Origin: Bacilli bacterium
GTDB lineage: Bacteria > Bacillota_I > Bacilli_A > RFN20 > DUOF01
Assembly (NCBI GenBank): GCA_045118975.1
Contig: JBGVCT010000003.1
Span: 17,780-81,779 of the forward strand
DNA length: 64,000 nucleotides
Direction: 5' to 3'
Shown here in pieces: positions 54,931 through 64,000 of the stretch (its first letter is position 1; each line of letters opens with the position of its first letter). The translations under genes were made by a program, and so were the position numbers. The notes below the pieces were generated by a model that saw only the letters and a list, made by a program, of their open reading frames with translations, was not told the DNA's origin and did no database searches.

Positions 54931-54994
54931 CTAAATCACATCCTTATTAAAATTATAAAATAAGCTCTCTTCCCTTGCAATAGTTATCCACAAT

Positions 54995-55016
54995 ATAAAA
55001 AACCCCTGTGGGGTTT
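54995..55016 (-). terminator. rho-independent terminator
   Basis: Hairpin AACCCC-aca-GGGGTT followed by TTTTT. Confidence 0.65.
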
Positions 55017-55362
55017 ATCTTTTTATATTTTTTAAATCTTTTTTAGATTTTTCCTCTAATTCTTCCTCAATTAATTTAGGCCCATACTCATTTACATACC
55101 AATTGGCAAAATCACTGATAGTTTCAAATACTGGTATATCATGGCTTTTTTCATCTATTTCACTAGATAAATGAAGCGTTAATGTGTACCCTCCAGTAAT
55201 ACTTTTTCTAATTTCATTAATTCTTGCTGCTACAGATTGAATACTTAATAAACACTCTCTATAATTATGCACTTCAGATGGTGGTTGAGTTATTATTCCT
55301 AAAATATTCTTTTCCTCTTTAGCATTATGAGGCAATTCAAGCATTACAAACTTCTTTTCCAT
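55015..55362 (-). CDS. hypothetical protein (115 aa), paralogue of 54544-54930
   Basis: See its paralogue. It has its own terminator, and I recognise no family. Confidence 0.6.
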   Translation of the reverse strand: MEKKFVMLELPHNAKEEKNILGIITQPPSEVHNYRECLLSIQSVAARINEIRKSITGGYTLTLHLSSEIDEKSHDIPVFETISDFANWYVNEYGPKLIEEELEEKSKKDLKNIKR

Positions 55363-55435
55363 TAAAGGTCACTTCCTTTGCCTTACCATTTTAAAACAAC
55401 ACTCATAAAATTACAACACTCTTTTTTCCCTAGAA

Positions 55436-55464
55436 AATAAAAAAAGATAAGTAATTCTTATCTT
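55436..55464 (-). terminator. rho-independent terminator ending the parAB transcription unit
   Basis: Hairpin AAGATAAG-aatta-CTTATCTT followed by T7. Confidence 0.65.
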
Positions 55465-55750
55465 AATTTATCTTTTGTATAGTACCAATAAAAATGTTTT
55501 TCTTACTCTTTACATGTTTTAAAATGAATTGCTCGTATTTTTTATTATAAGATTCACTAGTTTCTTTTCCTATATAAAGAGCCATGAATTCCTTGGTTTC
55601 TGTTTCAATATTTAAAACATTCTCAGCGAATTCTCTAAGGAACATATTAGTTTTCCCCATAATAGTCCCATTCATAAATTTCACAATTTCTTTTTGGTAG
55701 TCTATTTTTATTTCTATAACATCTCCATTTTCGTATGTTAATGAAGACAT
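55463..55750 (-). CDS. hypothetical protein (95 aa), co-transcribed with parB
   Basis: It starts 1 nt after the parB stop. I recognise no family. Confidence 0.55.
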   Translation of the reverse strand: MSSLTYENGDVIEIKIDYQKEIVKFMNGTIMGKTNMFLREFAENVLNIETETKEFMALYIGKETSESYNKKYEQFILKHVKSKKNIFIGTIQKIN

Positions 55751-55751
55751 A

Positions 55752-56600
55752 TTATAATAACTCCATTATTCTCTTTAATGTATTTTCATCCTTAAATGAA
55801 ATTCTAATTTCATTATCTTTAATTTTAACTTTAGTCTTAAACTTCTTGTGTAAAGCACTAGTTACATATTCATAATATGGATTGAAATCTTTTTGTTCTG
55901 GCTTTTTAGCTCTGTTAATTTCTCTACCATGTGCTAAATTTGCTAATGCCTCAATTTGTCTAGAAGTATATCCAAGTTCGATTGCATCATTTGCAATTTT
56001 AATGGCATCGCTTTCACTTAAATTAATAAGTGGCTTAACTTGACCCATAGTCAATACACCATTAATTACATAATCTTGAATAACTTGTGGTAAATTCAAT
56101 AGTCTCATGATATTAGCAATATATGATCTAGATTTACCTACTCTTTGTCCAATTTGTTCTTGAGTAAGACCTAATTTGCTACACAAACTATCATATGCCT
56201 TTGCTTCTTCAATAACATTTAATTCTTCTCTTTGAATGTTTTCAATGATAGATAACTCCATCATTTGCTTATCATCAAATTCTGCTACAATTGCAGGAAC
56301 TTTAGTTAAACCAGCAATTTTACTAGCTCTAAATCTTCTTTCTCCAGCCAAGATTTGATATCTTCCATCACTTGTTTTTCTAAGTAAAATTGGAGAAATA
56401 ACACCATAAGTCTTAATTGATGTTGCTAATTCTTGTAATTTAACTTCATCAAATATTTTTCTTGGTTGATATGGGTTAGTATCAATTAACTTAGTAGAAA
56501 CTTCTTGTCTAGATTCACTAGTAGCATATTCCTTTAATTTTTCAATTTCTTTTAATTCTTCACTTATTTCAAATACATTAATCTTGCTCTGACTTTGCAT
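55752..56600 (-). CDS. parB: chromosome partitioning protein ParB/Spo0J
   Basis: It has the ParB box LAGERRFRA, the N-terminal motif NPYQPRK, and an HTH (LTQEQIGQRVGKSRSYIAN). Confidence 0.95.
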   Translation of the reverse strand: MQSQSKINVFEISEELKEIEKLKEYATSESRQEVSTKLIDTNPYQPRKIFDEVKLQELATSIKTYGVISPILLRKTSDGRYQILAGERRFRASKIAGLTKVPAIVAEFDDKQMMELSIIENIQREELNVIEEAKAYDSLCSKLGLTQEQIGQRVGKSRSYIANIMRLLNLPQVIQDYVINGVLTMGQVKPLINLSESDAIKIANDAIELGYTSRQIEALANLAHGREINRAKKPEQKDFNPYYEYVTSALHKKFKTKVKIKDNEIRISFKDENTLKRIMELL

Positions 56601-57360
56601 TACCTATTACCTCCCTAGCGAAACTCATATAAGCATCAAAAACAGGTGTACCTGGAGCGTACTCCACAATTGTCTTCCCATGTTTTTGTGATTCAATAAT
56701 TTTGTTACTTCGTGGTAAAGTTGTTCTATAAACTCTACTGTTAACAAACATCTCTCTTATTTCTTTTTCTATTTCTTTGTTTATATTAAACTTTGGATCA
56801 TACATGTTAAGTACGATACCACTTACATATAATTTTTTGTTAAAAGAATTCTTAATTCTTCTAACCGCAGCATACGCTTCTATTAAACTTTCTTTTGAAA
56901 AATAATGACATACAGAAGGAATAATTACATCATCACTTGCATTCAATACATTAACATTTAATCCCATTCCTGGAGGACAATCTATAACTATATAATCATA
57001 CTTTCTTCTAGTATTTTTTAGGATTTCCTTTAGTCTAGAATATCTGTTTTTCTCATACAAAGTAGCAAGCTCAACATCCGCACCAGCAAGAAGAGGCGAT
57101 GAAGGAATAAAATCTAACTTTTTCACTCCTGTTTTTCTAATAATTGTAGAAATATCAGCTTTATCAACTAAAGCCTCGTATAAACTAGATCCTACATTAT
57201 ATCTATCAAATCCCAAACCCATTGTGGCATCACAAATAGGATCGGTATCTATTAACAATGTTTTTTTTCCAAGATAAGCTAAAGACGCAGCTAAATTAAT
57301 AGCAACAGTTGTTTTTCCAACTCCGCCTTTTTGATTTACAATTGCAACAACTTCCGCCAT
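56578..57360 (-). CDS. parA: chromosome partitioning ATPase ParA/Soj
   Basis: It has the deviant Walker A NQKGGVGKTT. Confidence 0.95.
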   Translation of the reverse strand: MAEVVAIVNQKGGVGKTTVAINLAASLAYLGKKTLLIDTDPICDATMGLGFDRYNVGSSLYEALVDKADISTIIRKTGVKKLDFIPSSPLLAGADVELATLYEKNRYSRLKEILKNTRRKYDYIVIDCPPGMGLNVNVLNASDDVIIPSVCHYFSKESLIEAYAAVRRIKNSFNKKLYVSGIVLNMYDPKFNINKEIEKEIREMFVNSRVYRTTLPRSNKIIESQKHGKTIVEYAPGTPVFDAYMSFAREVIGNAKSEQD

Positions 57361-57374
57361 TGTATATACCTCCC

Positions 57375-58079
57375 TTACAGTGGTTTTTTCTTCATTTTAT
57401 TATAATCTCTAGGATACTTATGTGGAGTATAATCTAATTTAGTATAAATAAGGTTGTATCTTTTACCAAAACTCTTTGGTAATATAATCTTTTGTTTTTG
57501 AGTTAAATCTAGCTTAAGTTCTCTACAAGCAGCATCACACTCTGCAGCTTCTTCCTTAGCTAAAGGTCCTTTTAAAGCGATGAATTTTCCACCAACTTTT
57601 ACCATTGGAGAACTTAATTCCATTAACACATTTAATCTAGATACTGCTCTAGCTGTAACATAGTCATATTCTTCTCTATGTTCTCTTCCATAATCTTCAG
57701 CTCTAGCAACAACAACATCAATGCCTTCTAATCCTAACTCCTCGATAACTAATTTTACAAAATCCATTCTCTTATTCATTGAATCTAGAGCGATTACATG
57801 TAAATCTGGGAAAGCAATTTTTAATGGGATAGATGGGAATCCCGCACCAGTTCCTACATCACACAATGTTTTACCATTTAAGTCATTTTCAAATGATAAT
57901 GTTAAGCAATCATAAAAGTGTTTCTCATAAACATCCTCTTTTTGAATAATTGTTGTTAGATTTAATCTTTCATTCCAAATTTGAAGTAATTCAAAATATC
58001 TTCTAAATTGTTTTTCTTGTTTCTCAGTTAATATAATATCGTGTTCTGCTAATAAATCTTTAAATTGTTGTTCATTCAT
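57375..58079 (-). CDS. rsmG: 16S rRNA (guanine527-N7)-methyltransferase
   Basis: It belongs to the GidB family and has the SAM motif DVGTGAGFP. Confidence 0.93.
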   Translation of the reverse strand: MNEQQFKDLLAEHDIILTEKQEKQFRRYFELLQIWNERLNLTTIIQKEDVYEKHFYDCLTLSFENDLNGKTLCDVGTGAGFPSIPLKIAFPDLHVIALDSMNKRMDFVKLVIEELGLEGIDVVVARAEDYGREHREEYDYVTARAVSRLNVLMELSSPMVKVGGKFIALKGPLAKEEAAECDAACRELKLDLTQKQKIILPKSFGKRYNLIYTKLDYTPHKYPRDYNKMKKKPL

Positions 58080-59940
58080 CGTTTTTTACCCCTTTCATTT
58101 TTAAATACATTAACAATATTGATATATCACTTGGATTTACACCAGATATTCTAGATGCTTGCCCTATATTCAAAGGCTTAACTTTATTTAACTTTTGCCT
58201 TGCTTCTAGAGCTAAATTATCTATTTGGTCATAATCTATATTTTTATCCAAAGTTAAGTTTTCTAGTTTTTTGCTATTCAAAGCCGCTTTTTCCTCTTTG
58301 GATATATATCCAGCAAATTTTATTTGTATTTCTACTTCTTCTAAAATTTCATCATCATAATCTAATTTATCACTAAATTGTTGAATATCCTTGTATGAAA
58401 TGTTTGGCCTTTTTAGTAATTCATAGTATGACAAGCTATTTTCTATACTTTCATTTTTTTCGTTCTTTAACCACTCGCAAAATTCACTATTCTTTTTAAA
58501 TTTGTACTCTTTCAATAATTCCTTGAGCGATTCAATAGTTTTAACTTTCTCTACAAATTTTTCATATCTTTCCTCACCAAGTAATCCAACATCATATCCA
58601 TGTTTACAAAGCCTAAGATCTGCATTGTCGTGTCTCAATATCAAACGATACTCAGCTCTGGAAGTTAACATTCTATAAGGTTCTTTTGTTCCCTTGGTAA
58701 CTAAATCATCTATCATAACTCCAATATAAGCTTCATCTCTTTGCAAAATAAGTGGATCTTTTTCTTTTAACTTCAAGCAAGCATTTATACCAGCCATAAG
58801 TCCTTGAGCTGCCGCCTCTTCATATCCACTTGTTCCATTTATTTGTCCCGCTGTGAATAGATTCTTTATAACTTTACTTTCTAGACTTGGCCACATAGTA
58901 AGTGGATCTATTGCGTCATATTCGATAGCATAAGCGAATATCTTCACCCTAGCGTTTTCAAATCCTGGCAAAGAGTGAATCATTTCAAGTTGTACATCCT
59001 CAGGCATTGAAGTTGAAAACCCTTGCAGGTAAATTGTATCTAATTCTTCTGACTCAGGCTCAACAAATAATTGGTGTCTCTCTTTATCAGAGAATCTAAC
59101 AATTTTATCTTCTATAGATGGACAATACCTAGGACCAATTCCCTCAACTACCCCACCATACATAGCAGACTTTTCTAGATTTGCCATAATAATTTCTTTA
59201 GTTTTATCGGTCGTATGAATCAAATAACACAATCTTTGTTCTTCTAGTGGTTTAAATTCTTTTGTAGTATATGAGAATGATAAATTTCCTTCACTTCCTG
59301 GTTGAATTTCCATATTAGAATAATCCACACTATCAGCATAAATTCTAGCAGGAGTTCCTGTTTTCAATCTTTGGATAGGAATACCCAATTCTTCCAGGTT
59401 TTTTGATAACCCCTTAGCTGATGGTTCATTGTCTGGCCCCTCAATTACAGATTTATGACCTCTTAATGTTCTGGATTCTAAATATGTTCCTGTTGTTAAT
59501 ATGACAGATTTAGATTCTATTTCTTTTCCATCATTTAACACTACACCTTTACACTCTTGATTCTCGCATATAAGTTTAACAACCATTCCTTCAATTACAT
59601 CTAAGTTAGGTTGATTGTATAATGTTTGTTGCATCGTTCTTTTATATAGCAATTTATCACTTTGTGCTCTAAGGCACCTAACGCCAGGCCCCTTTGCAGT
59701 ATTCAACATTTTCATTTGTAAATACGTTTGATCAGCGTTAATTCCCATTTGTCCACCAAGCGCATCAATTTCTCTAACAATTACTCCTTTTGCAGGACCA
59801 CCTATCGATGGATTACAAGGCATGGAAGCAATATTGTTCTTGGTTAAAGTAATTAGTAATGTGGACATACCAATTCTAGCAGATGCCAAAGCAGCTTCAA
59901 CACCAGCATGGCCGCCACCCACTACGATTACATCGTACAT
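58072..59940 (-). CDS. mnmG: tRNA uridine 5-carboxymethylaminomethyl modification enzyme
   Basis: It has the FAD motif YDVIVVGGGHAGVEAA and is 622 aa long. Confidence 0.97.
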   Translation of the reverse strand: MYDVIVVGGGHAGVEAALASARIGMSTLLITLTKNNIASMPCNPSIGGPAKGVIVREIDALGGQMGINADQTYLQMKMLNTAKGPGVRCLRAQSDKLLYKRTMQQTLYNQPNLDVIEGMVVKLICENQECKGVVLNDGKEIESKSVILTTGTYLESRTLRGHKSVIEGPDNEPSAKGLSKNLEELGIPIQRLKTGTPARIYADSVDYSNMEIQPGSEGNLSFSYTTKEFKPLEEQRLCYLIHTTDKTKEIIMANLEKSAMYGGVVEGIGPRYCPSIEDKIVRFSDKERHQLFVEPESEELDTIYLQGFSTSMPEDVQLEMIHSLPGFENARVKIFAYAIEYDAIDPLTMWPSLESKVIKNLFTAGQINGTSGYEEAAAQGLMAGINACLKLKEKDPLILQRDEAYIGVMIDDLVTKGTKEPYRMLTSRAEYRLILRHDNADLRLCKHGYDVGLLGEERYEKFVEKVKTIESLKELLKEYKFKKNSEFCEWLKNEKNESIENSLSYYELLKRPNISYKDIQQFSDKLDYDDEILEEVEIQIKFAGYISKEEKAALNSKKLENLTLDKNIDYDQIDNLALEARQKLNKVKPLNIGQASRISGVNPSDISILLMYLKMKGVKNDE

Positions 59941-60031
59941 TAATGTTCCCTCCTCTTCTATTTTACATAATTCATTTAATCACTTTAAAAAAGTGTAGTC
60001 AATAATTCAGTTCCGTTTCATGTGAAACATT

Positions 60032-60068
60032 TAAAAAAATCCGAGATTTCATTATTTTATCCCGGATT
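60032..60068 (-). terminator. rho-independent terminator of the hydrolase gene
   Basis: Hairpin ATCCGGGAT-(11 nt)-ATCTCGGAT with one G-U pair, followed by T7 on the minus strand. Confidence 0.55.
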
Positions 60069-60103
60069 TCAATATATGTTAACAGCTTTTATCGCTGTTA
60101 TAT

Positions 60104-61201
60104 TTATTTGATTGTTTTAATTACTAAACTATCGTCTGCTTCTTGCAAAGCATCAAATCTAGCAGGATTAACAACAGGTTCTTCTATTACTGTGACAATA
60201 TTAGTTTCTTCTTTAACTGGAGCTCCAACAACCTCAACTTCAGGTTGTGCTTGTGTAACAACTTCTTTAACTTCGCCAACAACACCATTTTCAGCCCAAG
60301 CAATAATAGAATCCATGAATTCAAATCTATTTGTTTCAAACAATAATTCATGTCTTCCAGGAACAATAACAGAAGATGCATTAGTGAATCCTCTAAGTCT
60401 ATAATAGCGTTCCATAGCAATTGTTCTTCTACCACGTAATGTAGTTAAATCATGATCTCCAGAAACAAATAGCATAGGCATTGTTTTATCTGTGTGTTTA
60501 AATCTCATAAATAAATGAGGTGTAAATACCTTTCTTAAGTAATAGTAGAAATAGTGTCCTACTGTACCAGGTGTATCTAAATATTTTCCATTAACAAGTT
60601 TTTGAACTTGACTAGCATCACTTGATAACCAAGAATATTTGCTTCCGCCTTCAAATCTAATTGCTAATCCCTTGTTCTTAGAGAAATGAGCGAACTTGCA
60701 AGTTCCATTATCCCATAAGAATAATTTTCTTAAATATGATGAAAGTAAAAATCCAACATCTTGTGCCCTTGGCATTCCCCAACCAATAGTAACAAGCCTA
60801 TCAATTACCTCTGGGAATTCTTTAATCAAACATAGAGATAACATTGCTCCAAAATCATTTCCAATAAGACAAATCTTTGCGTTTGGATGTTCTCTTTTTG
60901 CAATAACAGTTAATGAATGAACATTATATGCAGCATAATAAGAATCTTTTCTACCCCAGTTTTTATAAACGTGTTTCTTGTTTACTTCACCAGTTTTTCC
61001 ATATTGCCATTCGTCAATAGCATATAAAGCATGCCCTTTTGAGTCTAAATAGTCAGCGATCTCATTATATAAAGATCCAGTTCCTTCCATACCTGTAGCT
61101 ATAACAAATACTTCTTTAGTACTGTTTTTAGTCTCAGCAGTCTCATTTGAATAATAGTAATAAGTTTTTAAATTAGGTCCTACAGCCTTGTGTTCATACA
61201 T
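60104..61201 (-). CDS. alpha/beta-hydrolase fold protein with an acidic C-terminal extension
   Basis: The 365 aa product has lysophospholipase-like architecture. The nucleophile elbow reads GNDFG, with Asp where Ser is usual. Confidence 0.65.
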   Translation of the reverse strand: MYEHKAVGPNLKTYYYYSNETAETKNSTKEVFVIATGMEGTGSLYNEIADYLDSKGHALYAIDEWQYGKTGEVNKKHVYKNWGRKDSYYAAYNVHSLTVIAKREHPNAKICLIGNDFGAMLSLCLIKEFPEVIDRLVTIGWGMPRAQDVGFLLSSYLRKLFLWDNGTCKFAHFSKNKGLAIRFEGGSKYSWLSSDASQVQKLVNGKYLDTPGTVGHYFYYYLRKVFTPHLFMRFKHTDKTMPMLFVSGDHDLTTLRGRRTIAMERYYRLRGFTNASSVIVPGRHELLFETNRFEFMDSIIAWAENGVVGEVKEVVTQAQPEVEVVGAPVKEETNIVTVIEEPVVNPARFDALQEADDSLVIKTIK

Positions 61202-61288
61202 ATTTAATCACCTCAACAATTTGATTATAACACCATCAAACAAAGAAATAAACATTTTTTTATCTCCCCGTGTGGATTAGTTTTCTTA

Positions 61289-62131
61289 TCATTTATTTTT
61301 ACACACTAAATCATAAACATAATTTTTCTTTAAATTATATTTATCTGTCAATAAAGCAACAATCTCTTTACTAGACATACTGGTTAACATTGATTTTATT
61401 TCCTCAACCAATTCTTCTTCAGTTATTGTCTTTTCCTTCTCTAAATTTCCTTCAACAATAACAACCATTTCCCCCTTTAAGGAAGGAGCCACTTCAAGCA
61501 CTTCACTAGCCATTCCCCTTACATATTCTTCAAATTTTTTAGTAAGTTCTCTGGCCAAAACAACACGTCTATTACCAAAAACTTTGATCAAATCTTCCAA
61601 GAACTCCTCAATTCTATGTGGAGACTCATAGAAAATTAATGTTTCTTTATTCTTTTTTAACTCCTCTAATTCTTTCACCCTAGATGAACTTTTAGCATCT
61701 AAAAAGCCAACAAAAGTAAATCTAGAAAGAGAAAATCCCGAAGAAACAAGAGCATTCAAAAACGCACTCGCCCCAGATATTGTGGTTACATTAAATCCTC
61801 TTTTTATAACCTCATTAACAAGAACACTACCTGGGTCACTAACAAGAGGATACCCAGCATCGCTAATAAGAGCGATGTCTTCCCCTTTTTCTAAAATCTC
61901 AATAAATCTTTCTACACTCTCTTTTTCATTGAATTTATGGTAAGAAAGTAATGGAGTATCAATTTCAAAATGAGAAAGCAATGTTTTACTTGTCCTAGTA
62001 TCTTCACACCCTATTACGCTCACAGATTTCAATGTTTCAATAGCGCGAGGAGTAAATTCACTTAAATTTCCAACAGGTGTAGCAACAAGATACAATGTTG
62101 GTTTATTATTTACAAACGTTTGTTGTCTCAT
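61289..62131 (-). CDS. rsmI: 16S rRNA (cytidine1402-2'-O)-methyltransferase
   Basis: It has LYLVATPVGNL, IGCEDTR and YESPHR. Confidence 0.92.
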   Translation of the reverse strand: MRQQTFVNNKPTLYLVATPVGNLSEFTPRAIETLKSVSVIGCEDTRTSKTLLSHFEIDTPLLSYHKFNEKESVERFIEILEKGEDIALISDAGYPLVSDPGSVLVNEVIKRGFNVTTISGASAFLNALVSSGFSLSRFTFVGFLDAKSSSRVKELEELKKNKETLIFYESPHRIEEFLEDLIKVFGNRRVVLARELTKKFEEYVRGMASEVLEVAPSLKGEMVVIVEGNLEKEKTITEEELVEEIKSMLTSMSSKEIVALLTDKYNLKKNYVYDLVCKNK

Positions 62132-62943
62132 TATTTCATCATCCCATTTACATCATCAAAGCTTATAACTTTAATTATCTCTTTATCACTACTTTCTATT
62201 TTTACTGTTTTAGAAAGTAAATTTACACCAGTTATTTTGTAGTCTACACCATCATGTTTAAATCTTGTTCCATATCTAGGCGCATCCTTTTTTAATTCAG
62301 TATAATCTTGATCTTCATATTTCAAACAACACAAAAGTTTTCCACATTGACCAGATAGTTTTTGAATATTCAATGCCAAAAATTGATTCTTGGCCATATT
62401 AATACTAATACCTTCAAACTCACTTAAAAATTTCTTACAACAAAGAGGCAACCCACATATTCCAATACCACCAGTTATTTTACTTCTATCTCTTGGTCCA
62501 ATTTGTTTTAGTTCTATTCTACACTTTAACTTATTAGATAAATCCTTTAGTAGTTCTCTAAAATCAACTCTCTCTTCAGAAACATATCTGAATAAAATTT
62601 TACTTTTATCCAAAACATAAAAAGCATCTACAAGTCTCATATTTAATTTTAAAGTATTTACGGCATCATTAAATATTTTTGAGGCTTCATTTGCACTTTC
62701 TTTATTAACATAATAAAACTTCATATCCTCCTCACTTGCTAATCTTAGGATAGACTTGTAAGAATACCCTTGGCTTTCACTCTCTAAAACAGGCTCTTTG
62801 CAAACTTTTGCAACTTCTACACCAAACTCAGTTTCTACAACAACATAATCACCTTTTTTTATGTTAGAAAAAGAAGAATAAAAATAATTTTTTTCTTTAC
62901 TAGAATCTAGTTCTACTTCTAAATAATAACCTTCATTCATCAC
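62131..62943 (-). CDS. ricT: PSP1-domain regulator RicT/YaaT
   Basis: It has a PSP1 C-terminal domain with a Cys cluster (GICGLPLCCKKF and GKLLCCLKYE). Confidence 0.88.
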   Translation of the reverse strand: MMNEGYYLEVELDSSKEKNYFYSSFSNIKKGDYVVVETEFGVEVAKVCKEPVLESESQGYSYKSILRLASEEDMKFYYVNKESANEASKIFNDAVNTLKLNMRLVDAFYVLDKSKILFRYVSEERVDFRELLKDLSNKLKCRIELKQIGPRDRSKITGGIGICGLPLCCKKFLSEFEGISINMAKNQFLALNIQKLSGQCGKLLCCLKYEDQDYTELKKDAPRYGTRFKHDGVDYKITGVNLLSKTVKIESSDKEIIKVISFDDVNGMMK

Positions 62944-62945
62944 TA

Positions 62946-63905
62946 CTATTCTCCTTTCAAATTAATAATTACACTATCAAGTAAAAGTTTTAAATTTGCA
63001 TTTAAATCAATTTGACTTCTATATCTCATGATTTTTTCTACCTTATTAGATATATTAGGCATTAGCGCATTAACTTTCTTTAATAACTCCTTATGTTCAA
63101 CAAAATTAACATCTTCATTATCACAATTAACAACATCAAGTAAAAATAAGTTTAATATATCTAAGAACAATCTAAAATTAACTTTATCAGACGCTACATC
63201 TCCCATTTCTACTTGCGCAAAGTATAAAATGTTTTCATTTTCTACATACTCATTAAACATTTCTATCACAAGGTCTTTTAAAGAAATATATTTAGTATTA
63301 TTATAACATTCCTCAATAAGAGATACACTTCCATTAAAAGAAGCAAGAACAAGAGCATCCTCTAATGTTATACCTTTTTTAATAACCTCTACAACTAATT
63401 CTCTTTTACTTGCTTTTGATAATCTCAAATTTAAACATCTAGAGATAATTGTCGGTAATACATTATTTATATTTTCTGTAGTTATTATCGCATATGTATC
63501 TTGATCTGGTTCTTCTAAAAATTTAAGCAAAGAGTTAATCGCCTCATTAGTGGAATGTTCAATCAAATTAATGATATAAATTCTTTTAGCATTTTCTTCT
63601 ATACTACTAAGAGAAAATCTTTCTTGCATTTTTTCTATTTCGCCTTTTTTTATTGTTTGATTTTTACCATCAATAATAATTAAATCGGCGTAATTACCAT
63701 TGTTAATCTTGATACATTTAATATCGTCTTCATTAGGCTCATCTCCATCACAGACAATCCAAGAAGCACTATATTTAGCTATTTCTAGAAGCGGAATATC
63801 TTTGCTACCATTTAATAATATTGCTTGTGGGAATTTTCCTCTTTTTTTGGAATTTAATAAAGTGTTATAAAATACACTTTGATACTTACTTAGATACTCT
63901 TTCAT
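62946..63905 (-). CDS. holB: DNA polymerase III delta' subunit
   Basis: The 319 aa product has an AAA+-like fold with a degenerate P-loop (AILLNGSKDIP) and PTIISRC. The tmk-holB-ricT-rsmI synteny matches Bacillus yaa/yab genes. Confidence 0.75.
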   Translation of the reverse strand: MKEYLSKYQSVFYNTLLNSKKRGKFPQAILLNGSKDIPLLEIAKYSASWIVCDGDEPNEDDIKCIKINNGNYADLIIIDGKNQTIKKGEIEKMQERFSLSSIEENAKRIYIINLIEHSTNEAINSLLKFLEEPDQDTYAIITTENINNVLPTIISRCLNLRLSKASKRELVVEVIKKGITLEDALVLASFNGSVSLIEECYNNTKYISLKDLVIEMFNEYVENENILYFAQVEMGDVASDKVNFRLFLDILNLFLLDVVNCDNEDVNFVEHKELLKKVNALMPNISNKVEKIMRYRSQIDLNANLKLLLDSVIINLKGE

Positions 63906-64000
63906 AATTTTGTTCCTCTAATTTAGCTTTAATAATGTTATAAACATCATTAATTACTTGCTCAAATGATTTACTAGCATCCACAACCACAATTCTATCT
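63886..64000 (-). CDS. tmk: thymidylate kinase, C-terminal fragment (runs off the right edge)
   Basis: My own translation gives ...DRIVVVDASKSFEQVINDVYNIIKAKLEEQNYERVSK*, which resembles a Tmk C-terminus. It overlaps the holB start by 20 nt. Confidence 0.55.
   Translation of the reverse strand, partial: DRIVVVDASKSFEQVINDVYNIIKAKLEEQNYERVSK

Noticed and set aside
54984-54992. Perfect DnaA boxes (TTATCCACA) occur at 54984-54992 (intergenic, near parB), 24350-24358 (inside spoIVA) and 51271-51279 (inside pepC). One-mismatch TTTTCCACA copies occur at about 26030, 27970 and 28990. I considered whether this could be oriC.
   Set aside because: The boxes are scattered over 30 kb, mostly inside coding sequence, and are not clustered. 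There is no adjacent AT-rich unwinding element and no dnaA or dnaN gene. My rough expectation for this 9-mer at ~30% GC is about one chance hit per 64 kb on both strands, so three hits is not compelling.

Overview
This is a low-GC (roughly 30% by eye, not computed) Bacillota chromosome segment from an endospore former. Sporulation genes present are spoIVA, spoIIQ, spoVIF, spmA/spmB and whiA. RF2 is present, so UGA is a stop codon. I support about 66 CDS, nearly all on the minus strand. I found no rRNA, tRNA, CRISPR array, transposase or integrase.

Housekeeping blocks:
- ppdK', whiA, secG, uvrB, ctpA-like, prfB, secA, cspA, comFA/comFC
- rpiB, typA
- der, cmk
- ferredoxin, tgt-queA-queH
- ttcA, tcdA, dac, pepF, pepC, rluB
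- parB-parA-rsmG-mnmG
- rsmI-ricT-holB-tmk'

Non-core content worth a second look:
1. An orphan T4SS-like triad at 18988-23833 (VirB6-like, PrgI/VirB3-like, VirB4 ATPase). It has its own promoter and terminator and sits between spoIVA and typA, with no relaxase, coupling protein, hydrolase or integrase in the window. Two tandem secreted proteins at 13330-15320 carry VirB2/TrbC-like C-terminal helical hairpins.
2. Two translationally coupled giant paralogues at 38132-44341 (865 and 1200 aa). Each has about 60-aa degenerate repeats and a shared C-terminal HExxHxxQ zincin-like module, and they lie directly upstream of spmA-spmB.
3. Four uncharacterised genes between spoVIF and spoIVA, two of which carry duplicated promoter/leader modules with a TGTGGAAAA element.
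4. A pair of small paralogous unknown proteins downstream of parB.

Several ORF-track starts are TTG/GTG over-extensions. I corrected them using RBS, promoter and terminator positions.
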